DNA of 64,000 nucleotides, taken from the sequence record MT446420.1; one strand, given 5' to 3'. Position numbers and translations under genes: made by a program. Shown piece by piece: positions 31,899-41,214 of this stretch (its first letter is position 1; each line of letters opens with the position of its first letter). Source of the DNA: Escherichia virus TH54. A model generated the notes under the pieces. It saw nothing but the letters and a program-made list of their open reading frames with translations, did no database searches and had not been told where the DNA came from.

Positions 31899-32158
31899 TA
31901 TTCAAATCGGATGGTTGAATTCTTGAACAACAATCCAGAACAAACAGTTCCTTCAACTTTCTTACCAGTTGGACCCACTGCTGTAAAACCAGTATGCTGG
32001 AAATCATCTTTAGAGCATCCAAACCAGTTATATCCAGTGATTTGGATTTGCTCAAAACCATTGGCATTCAAAACCTTAGTAGCATTATCTGCATCAGTAC
32101 AACCGGCCAATGAAACAGCCAAAACCAGCGCGGCAATAGAACGATTAATATATTTCAT
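31898..32158 (-). CDS. putative lipoprotein
   Basis: 86 aa; signal peptide with lipobox LAGC (MKYINRSIAALVLAVSLAGC). Confidence 0.5.
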   Translation of the reverse strand: MKYINRSIAALVLAVSLAGCTDADNATKVLNANGFEQIQITGYNWFGCSKDDFQHTGFTAVGPTGKKVEGTVCSGLLFKNSTIRFE

Positions 32159-32164
32159 ATTTCC

Positions 32165-32338
32165 TCATTTAAGCAGGTCGTAAAACCCACCATTAACATG
32201 TTTAGGGGCTGAAACTAACCGAACAGCCAGCCGATGACAATCAGGACAAACATCATTATCTCTTTCAGAGATTTTCTTGATTTTTTCGTATTCTTTTGCG
32301 CAGTCTTCAGATTGGCATTTGTAATCATAAAGTGGCAT
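32165..32338 (-). CDS. small zinc-ribbon protein (57 aa)
   Basis: Hand-translated MPLYDYKCQSEDCAKEYEKIKKISERDNDVCPDCH...; two CxxC pairs; below track cutoff. Confidence 0.45.
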   Translation of the reverse strand: MPLYDYKCQSEDCAKEYEKIKKISERDNDVCPDCHRLAVRLVSAPKHVNGGFYDLLK

Positions 32339-32345
32339 CTCTAAA

Positions 32346-32705
32346 TTATTCCTTAAAGTGTGCTTTCAACATCTGGAAAACTGACCAGGCTTCTTCATTA
32401 TTACTAATGGTGATTTTAGTCAATGGGAATGCAGTGATTTCTGGAGCTTCAGTTTCTTCATCGCCGTCATCTTTTTCTTCTTCAAAGAAACGGAATTCAT
32501 CTTCCTTTATGAATAGGCTCACAAATTCACCAGTTGATAATTCCATTTTACACACATCACCATCTTCAATTCTGACTGGTCTAAATCCCTCGCCATTGAT
32601 TATAGCATTGGCTATATTATCATTATCTGTGCATAACAAACGGAATCTGCTTTCAGCAACATTATCTTTAAAATAATACCACTTATCAGTTTCAAATTTA
32701 GACAT
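32346..32705 (-). CDS. hypothetical protein
   Basis: Track ORF 32346..32828; start re-set to ATG 32705 (GGAAGGAGA SD). Confidence 0.4.
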   Translation of the reverse strand: MSKFETDKWYYFKDNVAESRFRLLCTDNDNIANAIINGEGFRPVRIEDGDVCKMELSTGEFVSLFIKEDEFRFFEEEKDDGDEETEAPEITAFPLTKITISNNEEAWSVFQMLKAHFKE

Positions 32706-32922
32706 TATAAATCTCCTTCCAAAAATCTGTACCATCTTCTGATTCTTCACGGAACAACGCATAGCTAGGTAGTTCTGCGTCTTTGTCTGCATACACATAA
32801 ATGATATCAGTGGTGCAAAGAAATTCATTGATGTTTTTCTTCACAATCACTTTATCACTTTCAGCAGTATCCCAAAACTCTTCAGCAGTCAGGGAAGTGG
32901 TCACACAATCTTCATTAAACAT
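32698..32922 (-). CDS. hypothetical protein
   Basis: 74-aa ORF. Confidence 0.35.
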   Translation of the reverse strand: MFNEDCVTTSLTAEEFWDTAESDKVIVKKNINEFLCTTDIIYVYADKDAELPSYALFREESEDGTDFWKEIYNV

Positions 32923-32969
32923 AATATTCTCCTCATTGATAGGGCAAATTACCCTATCATTTTTATAAT

Positions 32970-33461
32970 TTAGGCAAAATGAATATCAGCATACTCGACA
33001 ATAAAGCTCTCAGGAACAACCTTAAAGGTTCCAAGGAACACGATATTATACAGTTTGACACCTTCTTCAACCCATTGGTCTGTGATATAACCAGACATGC
33101 TAGTGGTTTCATAAGTCGGACCATACTGACAATTATATTCAAACGGTTTAGGTGAAACAAAAAAGACACCTTTGCCCAATTTCCATTTAAAATCAACCCC
33201 AATATGAGACTGGTCAATGGTTTCAACGTCTTCAGCCACAGGAGCGATGTACCCAGTAAATTCGGTTGATTCCAGGAATTTAGGATGTACATAAGCCAAT
33301 TGAGTTTCAGTCTGGCCATGTTTAGGAATAATACGCACTTTAACTTCTTTAATTCCACCTACTAAATTAGTGCGAAGACTCACAACCTCAACAAAACGAC
33401 CAGCAGCTTTGGAACGAGATTCTTTAGAAACACGTACAATATCACCAGCTTCAACTTTCAT
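32970..33461 (-). CDS. hypothetical protein, paralog of 33540..34295 C-terminus
   Basis: 163 aa; C-terminal YITDQWVEEGVKLYNIVFLGTFKVVPESFIVE aligns with GWVTDQWIEDGVELLNVVHAGEFTVVPRFMVVE. Confidence 0.45.
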   Translation of the reverse strand: MKVEAGDIVRVSKESRSKAAGRFVEVVSLRTNLVGGIKEVKVRIIPKHGQTETQLAYVHPKFLESTEFTGYIAPVAEDVETIDQSHIGVDFKWKLGKGVFFVSPKPFEYNCQYGPTYETTSMSGYITDQWVEEGVKLYNIVFLGTFKVVPESFIVEYADIHFA

Positions 33462-33492
33462 AATTTTCTCTCTTGGTTAATAAGTTTATTCT

Positions 33493-33530
33493 CCAGTGGG
33501 GTCATTATACTCTGACCCCAAGAGTTTGTA
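33493..33530. repeat. 38-bp promoter/hairpin cassette, copy 2
   Basis: Identical 38-mer to 22721-22758. Confidence 0.9.
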
Positions 33531-33539
33531 CACTTAAAT

Positions 33540-34295
33540 TTAATTAAAAATTTCAACAACCATGAAACGTGGTACAACAGTAAATTCACCAGCATGAACA
33601 ACGTTCAGGAGTTCAACACCATCTTCAATCCACTGGTCTGTTACCCAACCACAAATAGAACTGTTAAATGGGCGTTTGATTTGAACTGGTTTACACAACA
33701 AGTCAATAGGGTCACCCAGTTCGCTAACTTCTTTCAGCAGTACAGATTCGCGCGGATAAAGGATAGCTTCAAGATTGTCACCTGATTCATTAATTGCAGT
33801 AAATTCAAAGATGCTTTGGTGATTGTGGTACTTAACTGTTTTAACGGTAAATGGAGCAAATCCAAAAATACCTTTCAGTACCCGCCAACCAGCATGCATT
33901 GCGACAGTCTTTCCAAATTGACTATCATCTTCAATAAGCTGGTAGGTTTTACCAACTTTGATAGGAGTTTCTTCAACTTCTTTGAAGAGTTCAATCTCAG
34001 CTTCATAAACCATAATTTTTTCTACTTCATTAGTATCAAGGCGACGTGCATGCAGAATATATGCTTTATCAAACCAGTTACTTTTTACAAAAGTTTCAAC
34101 AATAAATTCGCCTTCACCTAAAGCATCAGTCAGAGTATTATACCCAGAAACCATAGCTGCGTTTTGAATAATAGGTTCAATCAGTTGATAAGTTTTGTTA
34201 ATTTCAATAGTCATATTTTGTTTCTCAAGTTTTAATGGTTTAATTGGGCGAACATACATACTTACAACATCAAAGTCAATAAATTCTGGTTTCAT
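33540..34295 (-). CDS. hypothetical protein, paralog family
   Basis: 251 aa; shares C-terminal domain with 32970..33461. Confidence 0.45.
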   Translation of the reverse strand: MKPEFIDFDVVSMYVRPIKPLKLEKQNMTIEINKTYQLIEPIIQNAAMVSGYNTLTDALGEGEFIVETFVKSNWFDKAYILHARRLDTNEVEKIMVYEAEIELFKEVEETPIKVGKTYQLIEDDSQFGKTVAMHAGWRVLKGIFGFAPFTVKTVKYHNHQSIFEFTAINESGDNLEAILYPRESVLLKEVSELGDPIDLLCKPVQIKRPFNSSICGWVTDQWIEDGVELLNVVHAGEFTVVPRFMVVEIFN

Positions 34296-34600
34296 TATGC
34301 AACCTTATTGAACATCGCCAGTTGATTAGGTTGTACAACCATAATTTCACGACGACCTTTTGTATTTGACACGTTCAAGTAGATGCCTTTGTTCATGTCT
34401 GTTTCTTTATCATATACCGCAATTTTATTGACAGTAAAGATTTTACCACGAATATTTGTAAATGCGCATTCAAACGCTTTAGTCAGACCAGCTTCAGCAG
34501 CTTGAAGAGCAGACATTTCATATTGTTGGCCAATTTCAAAAGAAGTAATCATTTTGTTATCCTCATCAGTAGTTGATGAGATGATTATGTCTCTTTCCAT
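34295..34600 (-). CDS. hypothetical protein
   Basis: 101-aa ORF. Confidence 0.4.
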   Translation of the reverse strand: MERDIIISSTTDEDNKMITSFEIGQQYEMSALQAAEAGLTKAFECAFTNIRGKIFTVNKIAVYDKETDMNKGIYLNVSNTKGRREIMVVQPNQLAMFNKVA

Positions 34601-34619
34601 TGGCCTTGTACACTACTTT

Positions 34620-35303
34620 TTATCGTTTTTTCGGTAAAGATAACGGGTCTGCATCTTCTTCGGAAGGAACTTCATCTAAACCAAGAGCATAGCGTTGGGC
34701 ATACTTAAGCATCAAAATATCTTTCGCGCAGTCATGCACCGAATCATGCGCCACAAATCCATCTAAAGTCCCCTTCGGTAATGGAGTTTCACACATCTTA
34801 CGGACGAGTGACAAGGCTTCGATTGCTGTCCTGATATCTCGCTGGTTCCAGAATACAACCGGTTCCAGACCGTAGGTATTCAATTCACGCTCAGGGATAC
34901 CCTCATTGCGTTGCAGGTCGCGGATAAGGTCAACAAACAACGGGAAGTCAAAGGACATTCCACGACACCACATAAGACTTTCGTATTTGTTAATTCCATT
35001 ACCATTCAGATAATCAATTGCCTGTTGGATACCGGTCAGAGTATCAACATCTTGTGCAGAAGGAGCCAAGTTAACACGGGCTTCCGCTGATTGTTTTTTC
35101 CACCAACCCATGGTTGTTGTGTCGAACAACCGCTTACCTTTTTGGTATTCGAGACTGAACTTAATACGTTTGCCGCGATTAACCAGGGTTTCGAATGATT
35201 CCACAATAGCAGGGTCAGATTCGAATGTAATCAGAGCCAGGTCAATAACGGCTCCCTTCGAGCCGTTTCCCAGAGTTTCAAAATCAATAATAGCATCAAT
35301 CAT
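34620..35303 (-). CDS. dexA: exonuclease A (DEDD family)
   Basis: 227 aa (same as T4 DexA); MIDAIIDFETLG... N-terminus; position upstream of dda. Confidence 0.8.
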   Translation of the reverse strand: MIDAIIDFETLGNGSKGAVIDLALITFESDPAIVESFETLVNRGKRIKFSLEYQKGKRLFDTTTMGWWKKQSAEARVNLAPSAQDVDTLTGIQQAIDYLNGNGINKYESLMWCRGMSFDFPLFVDLIRDLQRNEGIPERELNTYGLEPVVFWNQRDIRTAIEALSLVRKMCETPLPKGTLDGFVAHDSVHDCAKDILMLKYAQRYALGLDEVPSEEDADPLSLPKKR

Positions 35304-35380
35304 CGCACATCTCTTTTAATTTTTGAATTTCACCAGCAACCATCGCACATCTCTTTTAATTTCTGAATTTCACCAGCAAC
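35301..35380. repeat. 40-bp tandem direct duplication (2 copies, 1 mismatch) at the dexA start
   Basis: 35301-35340 and 35341-35380 both read catcgcacatctcttttaattt(t/c)tgaatttcaccagcaac. Confidence 0.95.
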
Positions 35381-35575
35381 ATAGTCGGAGATAAAAATCC
35401 CTGGCTCTTCATTGTTAAAATATTCAATCGCGGCCATACGTTTCCGAATAAGATTCAGTTCCAGCAAAACGTAATTACCCTGCACGACGATAGTTGGATT
35501 ATCTTCGAAAAATTCAACCGCGTCCTGAATACCATAGATAAGATTATCTAAATCTTCTTTATGTACCTTATACAT
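35330..35575 (-). CDS. hypothetical protein; C-terminus altered by 40-bp tandem duplication
   Basis: 81-aa ORF whose last codons (..EMCDGCW) are encoded by the second repeat copy. Confidence 0.4.
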   Translation of the reverse strand: MYKVHKEDLDNLIYGIQDAVEFFEDNPTIVVQGNYVLLELNLIRKRMAAIEYFNNEEPGIFISDYVAGEIQKLKEMCDGCW

Positions 35576-36896
35576 AATATGCGTCGTACCTCGCTCGTGT
35601 GATTCCTACATAAGCCAACTGGCTCGCTAATGAAGCTTCGGCCATATGGATGCATGGAGTATAGATGAATGCTTTGTCCACTGAAACGCCCTGTGCCTTA
35701 TGGATTGTACTGACCGGAAGAGCACGAACTTTCAAGAAGGTCCTGCGCGCTTTCCAGAAGTCTTTCCACTCTGGACGTTTACCAGCGGCTTTCATCTGTT
35801 TGTATGTGTCAGCAACTTTCGCCAGATATGCCTGGAATTTTGGTTGCTGGTCTTCTGGTAAAACTTTAATGCGGTCAACCTGATATTCTTCATCTTCATC
35901 AATTGACTCAACTTCCAGGTCCCAGTAATTAATCACTAACTGGTGCGATTCACCTTTACAACGGAGAATGGTGGAAGTGTATTTGCAATCCTTGATGCGA
36001 ACCAACTGACCATTATTAAAAATAATTTCGCTGAATTTCTTTCCTTCAAATTCCAGCTCTTTCATGTGCGGCTCTTGCATAACCAGGACTTCATACAGTA
36101 AAAATGCTTTATCCGTTTCATATAGCTTGCGACGAATAATATTATTCAGTTTTTCAACTGATTTATTCGTGTACGCATACATCCTGTTTTCCATCAGCAT
36201 ATCAGCATCTTTTACAATACTGAAATAGTTTATCATGAAATCCTTTAAAGCGGTTTGTGAGGTGAAACCTTGTACGCCATGACCTTCATACATACAGTCA
36301 CGGAACCAACCCCCATTACGAATTTCTGTCGCCACTTCAATGATAGGAGCATTGCTTCGCATGACCTCAGTCAAATGAATCTGTTTGAACTTAGGATGCG
36401 TAAAGAATGGGCTTATCTTTTGTTGTGTGCTTCCTGGGTCAACTGGCTGCAGCTGGTGCATATCACCAATCCCAAGAATAGTACACCATTCAGGAACAGA
36501 GTTAAGAATAATCTTAAACAGAGACCCGTCATACATACTTGCTTCATCACAAACCAGAACATTGCATTTTGACATGTCAGGCATTTCGCGCTGTTCAAAA
36601 ACGTTTTGGTCTTCATACGTAGTCGGGTTAATCTTTAGGATACTATGGATTGTATTCGCTGTTTGACCAGACAATTTAGATAAAACTTTTTTCGCCTGGT
36701 GAGTTGGTGCAGCGAGCACAATTCCCATAACTCCATTTCGCACCAGATGGTCAATGACAAATTTTGTCAGAGTAGTCTTACCTGTGCCAGCTGGACCATT
36801 CAGAGTGATACATTCCCCTGAACGTCGCTGAATAGCTTCAGTGATATAATCAAAAGCTTCTTTTTGTCCTGTGTTCAAGTCTTCAAATTTAATCAT
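35568..36896 (-). CDS. dda: Dda DNA helicase (SF1B)
   Basis: ...GQK.AF......I......TLNGPAGTGKTTLTKF.I..L......GI.LAAPTH.AKK.LSKLSG..A.TIHSILKINP.TYE... collinear with T4 Dda. Confidence 0.95.
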   Translation of the reverse strand: MIKFEDLNTGQKEAFDYITEAIQRRSGECITLNGPAGTGKTTLTKFVIDHLVRNGVMGIVLAAPTHQAKKVLSKLSGQTANTIHSILKINPTTYEDQNVFEQREMPDMSKCNVLVCDEASMYDGSLFKIILNSVPEWCTILGIGDMHQLQPVDPGSTQQKISPFFTHPKFKQIHLTEVMRSNAPIIEVATEIRNGGWFRDCMYEGHGVQGFTSQTALKDFMINYFSIVKDADMLMENRMYAYTNKSVEKLNNIIRRKLYETDKAFLLYEVLVMQEPHMKELEFEGKKFSEIIFNNGQLVRIKDCKYTSTILRCKGESHQLVINYWDLEVESIDEDEEYQVDRIKVLPEDQQPKFQAYLAKVADTYKQMKAAGKRPEWKDFWKARRTFLKVRALPVSTIHKAQGVSVDKAFIYTPCIHMAEASLASQLAYVGITRARYDAYYV

Positions 36897-37192
36897 GCCA
36901 ATTTTACTCGCTTAACATATAAAGTATCTAAAATTAATTTCAGTTCGCGGACACGTTCTTCAGTAGGAAAAACAGTTTTTGTTTCCCACTTGTTGAACCA
37001 CCATTTTCTGGGAGTACACCGTGTTTCTATACGTCCCATACTTAAATATCTTTTTGTATTATATAAATAGCCAGCCATTTCATAATCTGCGACAGCTTTT
37101 GTGGTGTATAAGGTCACCTTTCCATCATACTCTAATGGGTGTTCAAAACCATCTTTATCTTTGTGAACCAGTGCATATGCGTAGTACATCAC
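36893..37192 (-). CDS. hypothetical protein (dda.1 position)
   Basis: 99-aa ORF. Confidence 0.4.
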   Translation of the reverse strand: MMYYAYALVHKDKDGFEHPLEYDGKVTLYTTKAVADYEMAGYLYNTKRYLSMGRIETRCTPRKWWFNKWETKTVFPTEERVRELKLILDTLYVKRVKLA

Positions 37193-37193
37193 A

Positions 37194-37940
37194 TTAACCT
37201 CTAATCAGTTTAAAAATTGACGCGTTCAAAGGCAGACCACGTTTCAGTTTTAATTTACCAATAAAACCAATCTTCTCAAAACGTTCAAGACCTGAAATGA
37301 TTTTATCATAGCAATCAAAAAGCGTTTCAGCATCAGTTAATTTCTTGGTAACTTTCCAGTCATTACCTTTGAGCAAGACGTTCAATTTAGTAAGCTCATG
37401 ACCTTCCGCAACACGGGAACCATCAATGCGAGCCTTCAGCGCAACCATTTTTAATTGGTTTTCTTTTGACTGCTCTGATTTACTCATTTGAGCATAATGC
37501 TTAACGCGATTCTCACGTTTGTGCTGAATGTTCTTTATATGGTTATATGCCTTTTTAATCTGTTCCCATTTCTCTGAAGTCAGATTTAACTTTTCAATCT
37601 TCTTGGCGGACGGGCGAGCAATTTTTACAGCAACATCATCACGACGTTGTTTAAGCTCATCCAGGGACCAATCAGAACGCATGGTGTTGTATTTCTTTTT
37701 AACAGGAATAACATTACCCTTGATATAACCAATATCATTGTTAAAACGTTCTAATGATAACTTCTCGTCTTCAACAGAGTTATTAAATGCTTCACCAGAA
37801 TAAGCACAAACTTTTTGGTCAAGAATGTTAACCAGGTAATTGAAATCCAGGTTAAAGTCCTTACCACGACGTTTAGCAGAAGCTTGAGTGTGTTCCAGAC
37901 GACGTTTAACTTTCAGTGTTTTGGTTTTTGATAAAGTCAT
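37194..37940 (-). CDS. hypothetical basic protein at the srd position
   Basis: 248 aa (T4 Srd 250 aa), between dda.1 and ADP-ribosyltransferase genes; assignment positional only. Confidence 0.4.
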   Translation of the reverse strand: MTLSKTKTLKVKRRLEHTQASAKRRGKDFNLDFNYLVNILDQKVCAYSGEAFNNSVEDEKLSLERFNNDIGYIKGNVIPVKKKYNTMRSDWSLDELKQRRDDVAVKIARPSAKKIEKLNLTSEKWEQIKKAYNHIKNIQHKRENRVKHYAQMSKSEQSKENQLKMVALKARIDGSRVAEGHELTKLNVLLKGNDWKVTKKLTDAETLFDCYDKIISGLERFEKIGFIGKLKLKRGLPLNASIFKLIRG

Positions 37941-38073
37941 GATATTTTTCTCATCTTACGGACGTGAATAACTCAGTACGGAATTATTATATACTATTCA
38001 TCTTTTATGTACACTACTTTTTCACCTTTAACGCTTTTATTTTTACTGTGTATAATGGTTCTAAGGTCTTTGG

Positions 38074-38721
38074 TTAGTTCAAAACAGTTAAATGCCAAAC
38101 AGTATACAGGTTATTCAATGGGTGTGTTTCAATCAAGTCTACGCGGAGCGTAGTCCCAGCGGGAAACATAAACTCATCTTCATCATTAACCAGGTGCAAG
38201 TTTGACTTCCTGGTTGCTTCTGGATATGCACCATTGAACTCTTCAGGAGGAGCACCGCAAATCATTTTGAAGATTGCTTCCTGATAGTTATACGCATATG
38301 GTGCATTGTTTATACAGAAAATGTTCCTTGTGCCATAGAAACTGTATGATGCAAAATTTCTTGCAACCTGCCAGTCCCTGGAAAAACTCATTACACGGTT
38401 GAACTCAATTGTCGCACCAACATATCTTAAATCTTCCAGGTATTCCATAGTTTTCTTTGATATACCACGGAACAATGCCGCAGGCGGTGCAGTATTCAGA
38501 TTGTTGCGGATAATCCTGGTTAAGTCTTCTTGAATCAAGTCGGGTTTATTTTCCATACACTGCCAGAGTACTGATTGCTCATTATCTGTATAAAGAGCAT
38601 CAATCTCAGCTTGACATTGGTCACGAAAAGACTCACTAGAAGCGGCAGTGTCAATAATTCCATTCAAAACGTCATCAGTGTACAGCATTTTATTATCCTC
38701 ATCAGTAGTTGATAGGAACAT
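38074..38721 (-). CDS. ModA/ModB-family mono-ADP-ribosyltransferase (R-S-E class)
   Basis: 215 aa; candidate catalytic triad LFRG (Arg), SFS (Ser-x-Ser), DEDEFMFPAG (Glu-x-Glu); T4 modA position. Confidence 0.6.
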   Translation of the reverse strand: MFLSTTDEDNKMLYTDDVLNGIIDTAASSESFRDQCQAEIDALYTDNEQSVLWQCMENKPDLIQEDLTRIIRNNLNTAPPAALFRGISKKTMEYLEDLRYVGATIEFNRVMSFSRDWQVARNFASYSFYGTRNIFCINNAPYAYNYQEAIFKMICGAPPEEFNGAYPEATRKSNLHLVNDEDEFMFPAGTTLRVDLIETHPLNNLYTVWHLTVLN

Positions 38722-38732
38722 ATTAACGTGTC

Positions 38733-39293
38733 TTATTGCTCTTGTACACAGTCAAGAACATAATAATCACCAACAAATCCAGCATCAACTATCACGAATT
38801 TCTGGTCAGCTGGAACAAACCATTCAAGCTCAGAATCAATCATGTCCATATATTCTTCACGTCTTAACGTTGCCGCCTGTTCGGAACCAGAAGCAGTATT
38901 GAAGAATTCCAGTGGAACATCAAGCGCAATTTTGCGCATCGCATCATGGTAACAAAAAGCTTTTGTATGATTCAATCTGATGATAGTCCTTGATACATAT
39001 TCCATTGCAGCAAAATCCCTGGCAATACCATAGTCTTCTGTAAAGGAGGTTATCCTTCCAAATTCAAAAGGTTGCATTGATTCTTTTGCTTCATCTAATA
39101 AATCAATCTCTTGCTGGGTTACCCCACGATACAAGACTGTATCGGGTATAGATAACCTTGACTTGATGATTGAGTTGACATTTGAATGCAAGGTCTTATC
39201 AACCTTTGCTGTACGGCACTCAAATAATGAAGCTATCTCCATTTCACTAAATTTTAACTGGTTGGGTTCGGTATCAGATTTGATGATGTTCAT
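38733..39293 (-). CDS. ModA/ModB-family mono-ADP-ribosyltransferase (R-S-E class)
   Basis: 186 aa; LYRG, TSFT, ELEWFVPA motifs; T4 modB position. Confidence 0.6.
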   Translation of the reverse strand: MNIIKSDTEPNQLKFSEMEIASLFECRTAKVDKTLHSNVNSIIKSRLSIPDTVLYRGVTQQEIDLLDEAKESMQPFEFGRITSFTEDYGIARDFAAMEYVSRTIIRLNHTKAFCYHDAMRKIALDVPLEFFNTASGSEQAATLRREEYMDMIDSELEWFVPADQKFVIVDAGFVGDYYVLDCVQEQ

Positions 39294-39349
39294 AATGGCC
39301 TCTCTGTTGTAAGAAAGACCATTATGTCATTAGGAGGGGAGTAAGTAAA

Positions 39350-39583
39350 CTACTTAAATACTCCAAGTGGGGCGCCAAAGACTGCAATGTCTACGGCCAT
39401 GCCAATCGGAGATTGATATGATGAGTAAGAACTTTTCGATTCTGTCGGGCGTTTGACTTTAATTGTCTCGGATTCAGTCTTAAGCCTTTGTAAACGATTA
39501 ATTTTTTGTTGCTCAATTTCCTTATGAGCATGTTTACGGTCGATATCCAGTGCCGATGTGGGGATATTTGTTAACCAGTTCAT
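39350..39583 (-). CDS. hypothetical protein
   Basis: Track ORF 39350..39604 shortened to ATG 39583 (ATGA overlap with upstream small ORF). Confidence 0.3.
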   Translation of the reverse strand: MNWLTNIPTSALDIDRKHAHKEIEQQKINRLQRLKTESETIKVKRPTESKSSYSSYQSPIGMAVDIAVFGAPLGVFK

Positions 39584-39759
39584 TGTTTCACCCATGGTGC
39601 CCATGGAGGTGGGTCGTCGTAATATGAGGCCAGGTCGCGTAGAACTTCCATTGGGAGACTAAAACCGTGCTTCTGTATAATCGCATCAAGTTCGTCAACT
39701 AGGTCCACACGGGCTTCCGTATGAGCTTTAGGCTCTTCAAAAAGTTCAAATAAATCCAT
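39580..39759 (-). CDS. hypothetical small protein (59 aa)
   Basis: Hand-translated [33 protein letters not shown]...; below track cutoff. Confidence 0.3.
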   Translation of the reverse strand: MDLFELFEEPKAHTEARVDLVDELDAIIQKHGFSLPMEVLRDLASYYDDPPPWAPWVKQ

Positions 39760-40247
39760 TAGTAACCACCAATCGGACCGTAACCATACATACGAGCACG
39801 CATTTTAGTATCTTGAATAGCTTCTTCTGTTAAAGTAAAGCGTAAACCAATATCAAAGTGCTTCCAAATCTGACGTTCGACTTCAGTAAGGTCTTCAGGT
39901 GCAGAAATCAGATAAGTGCGACCCTGAAGACGTTCATTGGAATTTTTATCAGTATCTTTATAGAAAATATCCGCGGTTCCTTCTGCATAATGGTCCGGAT
40001 AACGATAGCCTTTGATATGCAGAGCTTCGGAAACAGTAAACGGGCACCCTTCGGCAACATTAACGTTTTTTCTATGAAATACCTTCAGCATAACGTTTTC
40101 TGGCATCGTCAGGTTCATTAATTTTGTTTCCAATGCAGTGACCGAATCCATGCCATTGTAAACCATGATAAGGCATGCGGTAGCATCGTAAGGTCGTGTC
40201 TGTCCAGCGGAATCACGGACATAGAATTCTAATTCATATACTTTCAT
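39759..40247 (-). CDS. hypothetical protein (mrh position)
   Basis: 162 aa (T4 Mrh 161 aa); positional only. Confidence 0.4.
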   Translation of the reverse strand: MKVYELEFYVRDSAGQTRPYDATACLIMVYNGMDSVTALETKLMNLTMPENVMLKVFHRKNVNVAEGCPFTVSEALHIKGYRYPDHYAEGTADIFYKDTDKNSNERLQGRTYLISAPEDLTEVERQIWKHFDIGLRFTLTEEAIQDTKMRARMYGYGPIGGY

Positions 40248-40393
40248 AATGATTTCCTCTTACCAACTAATGGACCATCAGGAACTTTATTTTCCTTGAT
40301 GTACTTTTCGTTTTCTTCCATCATTTTACTGCCAATTTTCAAAAGCAAATCCAGTGCTTCTTTTGCTCGGCGTTCAGCATCTTCTTGTGTCAT
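40235..40393 (-). CDS. hypothetical small protein (52 aa)
   Basis: Hand-translated [36 protein letters not shown]...; below track cutoff. Confidence 0.3.
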
Positions 40394-40584
40394 GATTTAT
40401 CTCCGTAGATATCACGCATCAGTTTAAGCGCTGCTCGTTCAGTCTTCTTTTCCTGCATGGCTTTAAGCCCGTTAACAGCCCATTCTTCGGCTTCGCGCTG
40501 CATTTCTTCCTCGGCTCTGGCCACCCAGGAATCATCAATCCCTGGAGTAACCAACCAATCTTTAAGCCAACTTGTAATTCTCAT
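40390..40584 (-). CDS. hypothetical protein
   Basis: 64-aa ORF. Confidence 0.35.
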   Translation of the reverse strand: MRITSWLKDWLVTPGIDDSWVARAEEEMQREAEEWAVNGLKAMQEKKTERAALKLMRDIYGDKS

Positions 40585-40944
40585 TTAATCACACGAGCTG
40601 GAAGACGAATCACAGCTTCCTGAATCATAGGAGGAATAAGACGAATCACCGGTCCAGGAACTGACTGCAGCGGCCGTAACCACAATCGAAGTAGTATCGA
40701 TAACTGGAGTGGTATTAATATGGTTTGCAGGACGTCTTGAATCCAGATGCTCTTTTAACTTTTTCGAATTCAATGGCAATGCACCTGGTCCGACATTACC
40801 GGCTTTTTCTGGACGTCGACGAACTTCTTCCATCATACCATCGCCCATGTAAACATATTCTCTTAGCTTAACATCTGACACGCTAACTGGAACCACACCC
40901 TCACCAGGTTTAGTCTTGAATAAATTCTTGAGCCAACTAATCAT
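40585..40944 (-). CDS. hypothetical protein with Ser/Cys-rich C-terminus
   Basis: 119-aa ORF ending ...SSYSSYDSGSCDSSSSSCD. Confidence 0.35.
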   Translation of the reverse strand: MISWLKNLFKTKPGEGVVPVSVSDVKLREYVYMGDGMMEEVRRRPEKAGNVGPGALPLNSKKLKEHLDSRRPANHINTTPVIDTTSIVVTAAAVSSWTGDSSYSSYDSGSCDSSSSSCD

Positions 40945-41138
40945 AGGAAACCTCGTTTAAATTCAACTTTACCATCATCACATCGGATTTCAATATTGAA
41001 TTCTAAAGAGTCATCGTCATGCATCATGAATGAATGTACGATAACTTCATCAAACACACCCAATCCGTACTTAAAATGGACATCATGAGCAATAATTTCA
41101 TCTAAAGCTTTGTTTGGTTTAATCCAACGGTTTAACAT
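40941..41138 (-). CDS. hypothetical protein
   Basis: Track ORF 40941..41273 shortened to ATG 41138 (GAGGAG SD) so it does not overlap soc. Confidence 0.35.
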   Translation of the reverse strand: MLNRWIKPNKALDEIIAHDVHFKYGLGVFDEVIVHSFMMHDDDSLEFNIEIRCDDGKVEFKRGFL

Positions 41139-41163
41139 AGTATTCTCCTCTGTAATTGAAATA

Positions 41164-41190
41164 ATTATACCGCTTCTATTAAAAGCAAAA
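41164..41190 (-). promoter_or_regulatory. candidate MotA-dependent middle promoter
   Basis: Minus-strand TTTGCTTTTA, ~10-nt spacer, TATAAT, after the soc terminator. Confidence 0.45.
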
Positions 41191-41191
41191 A

Positions 41192-41209
41192 GGGACTCCG
41201 AAGAGTCCC
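41192..41209 (-). terminator. intrinsic terminator after soc
   Basis: Minus-strand GGGACTC-TTCG-GAGTCCC then TTTTTG. Confidence 0.55.
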
Positions 41210-41214
41210 TATAA

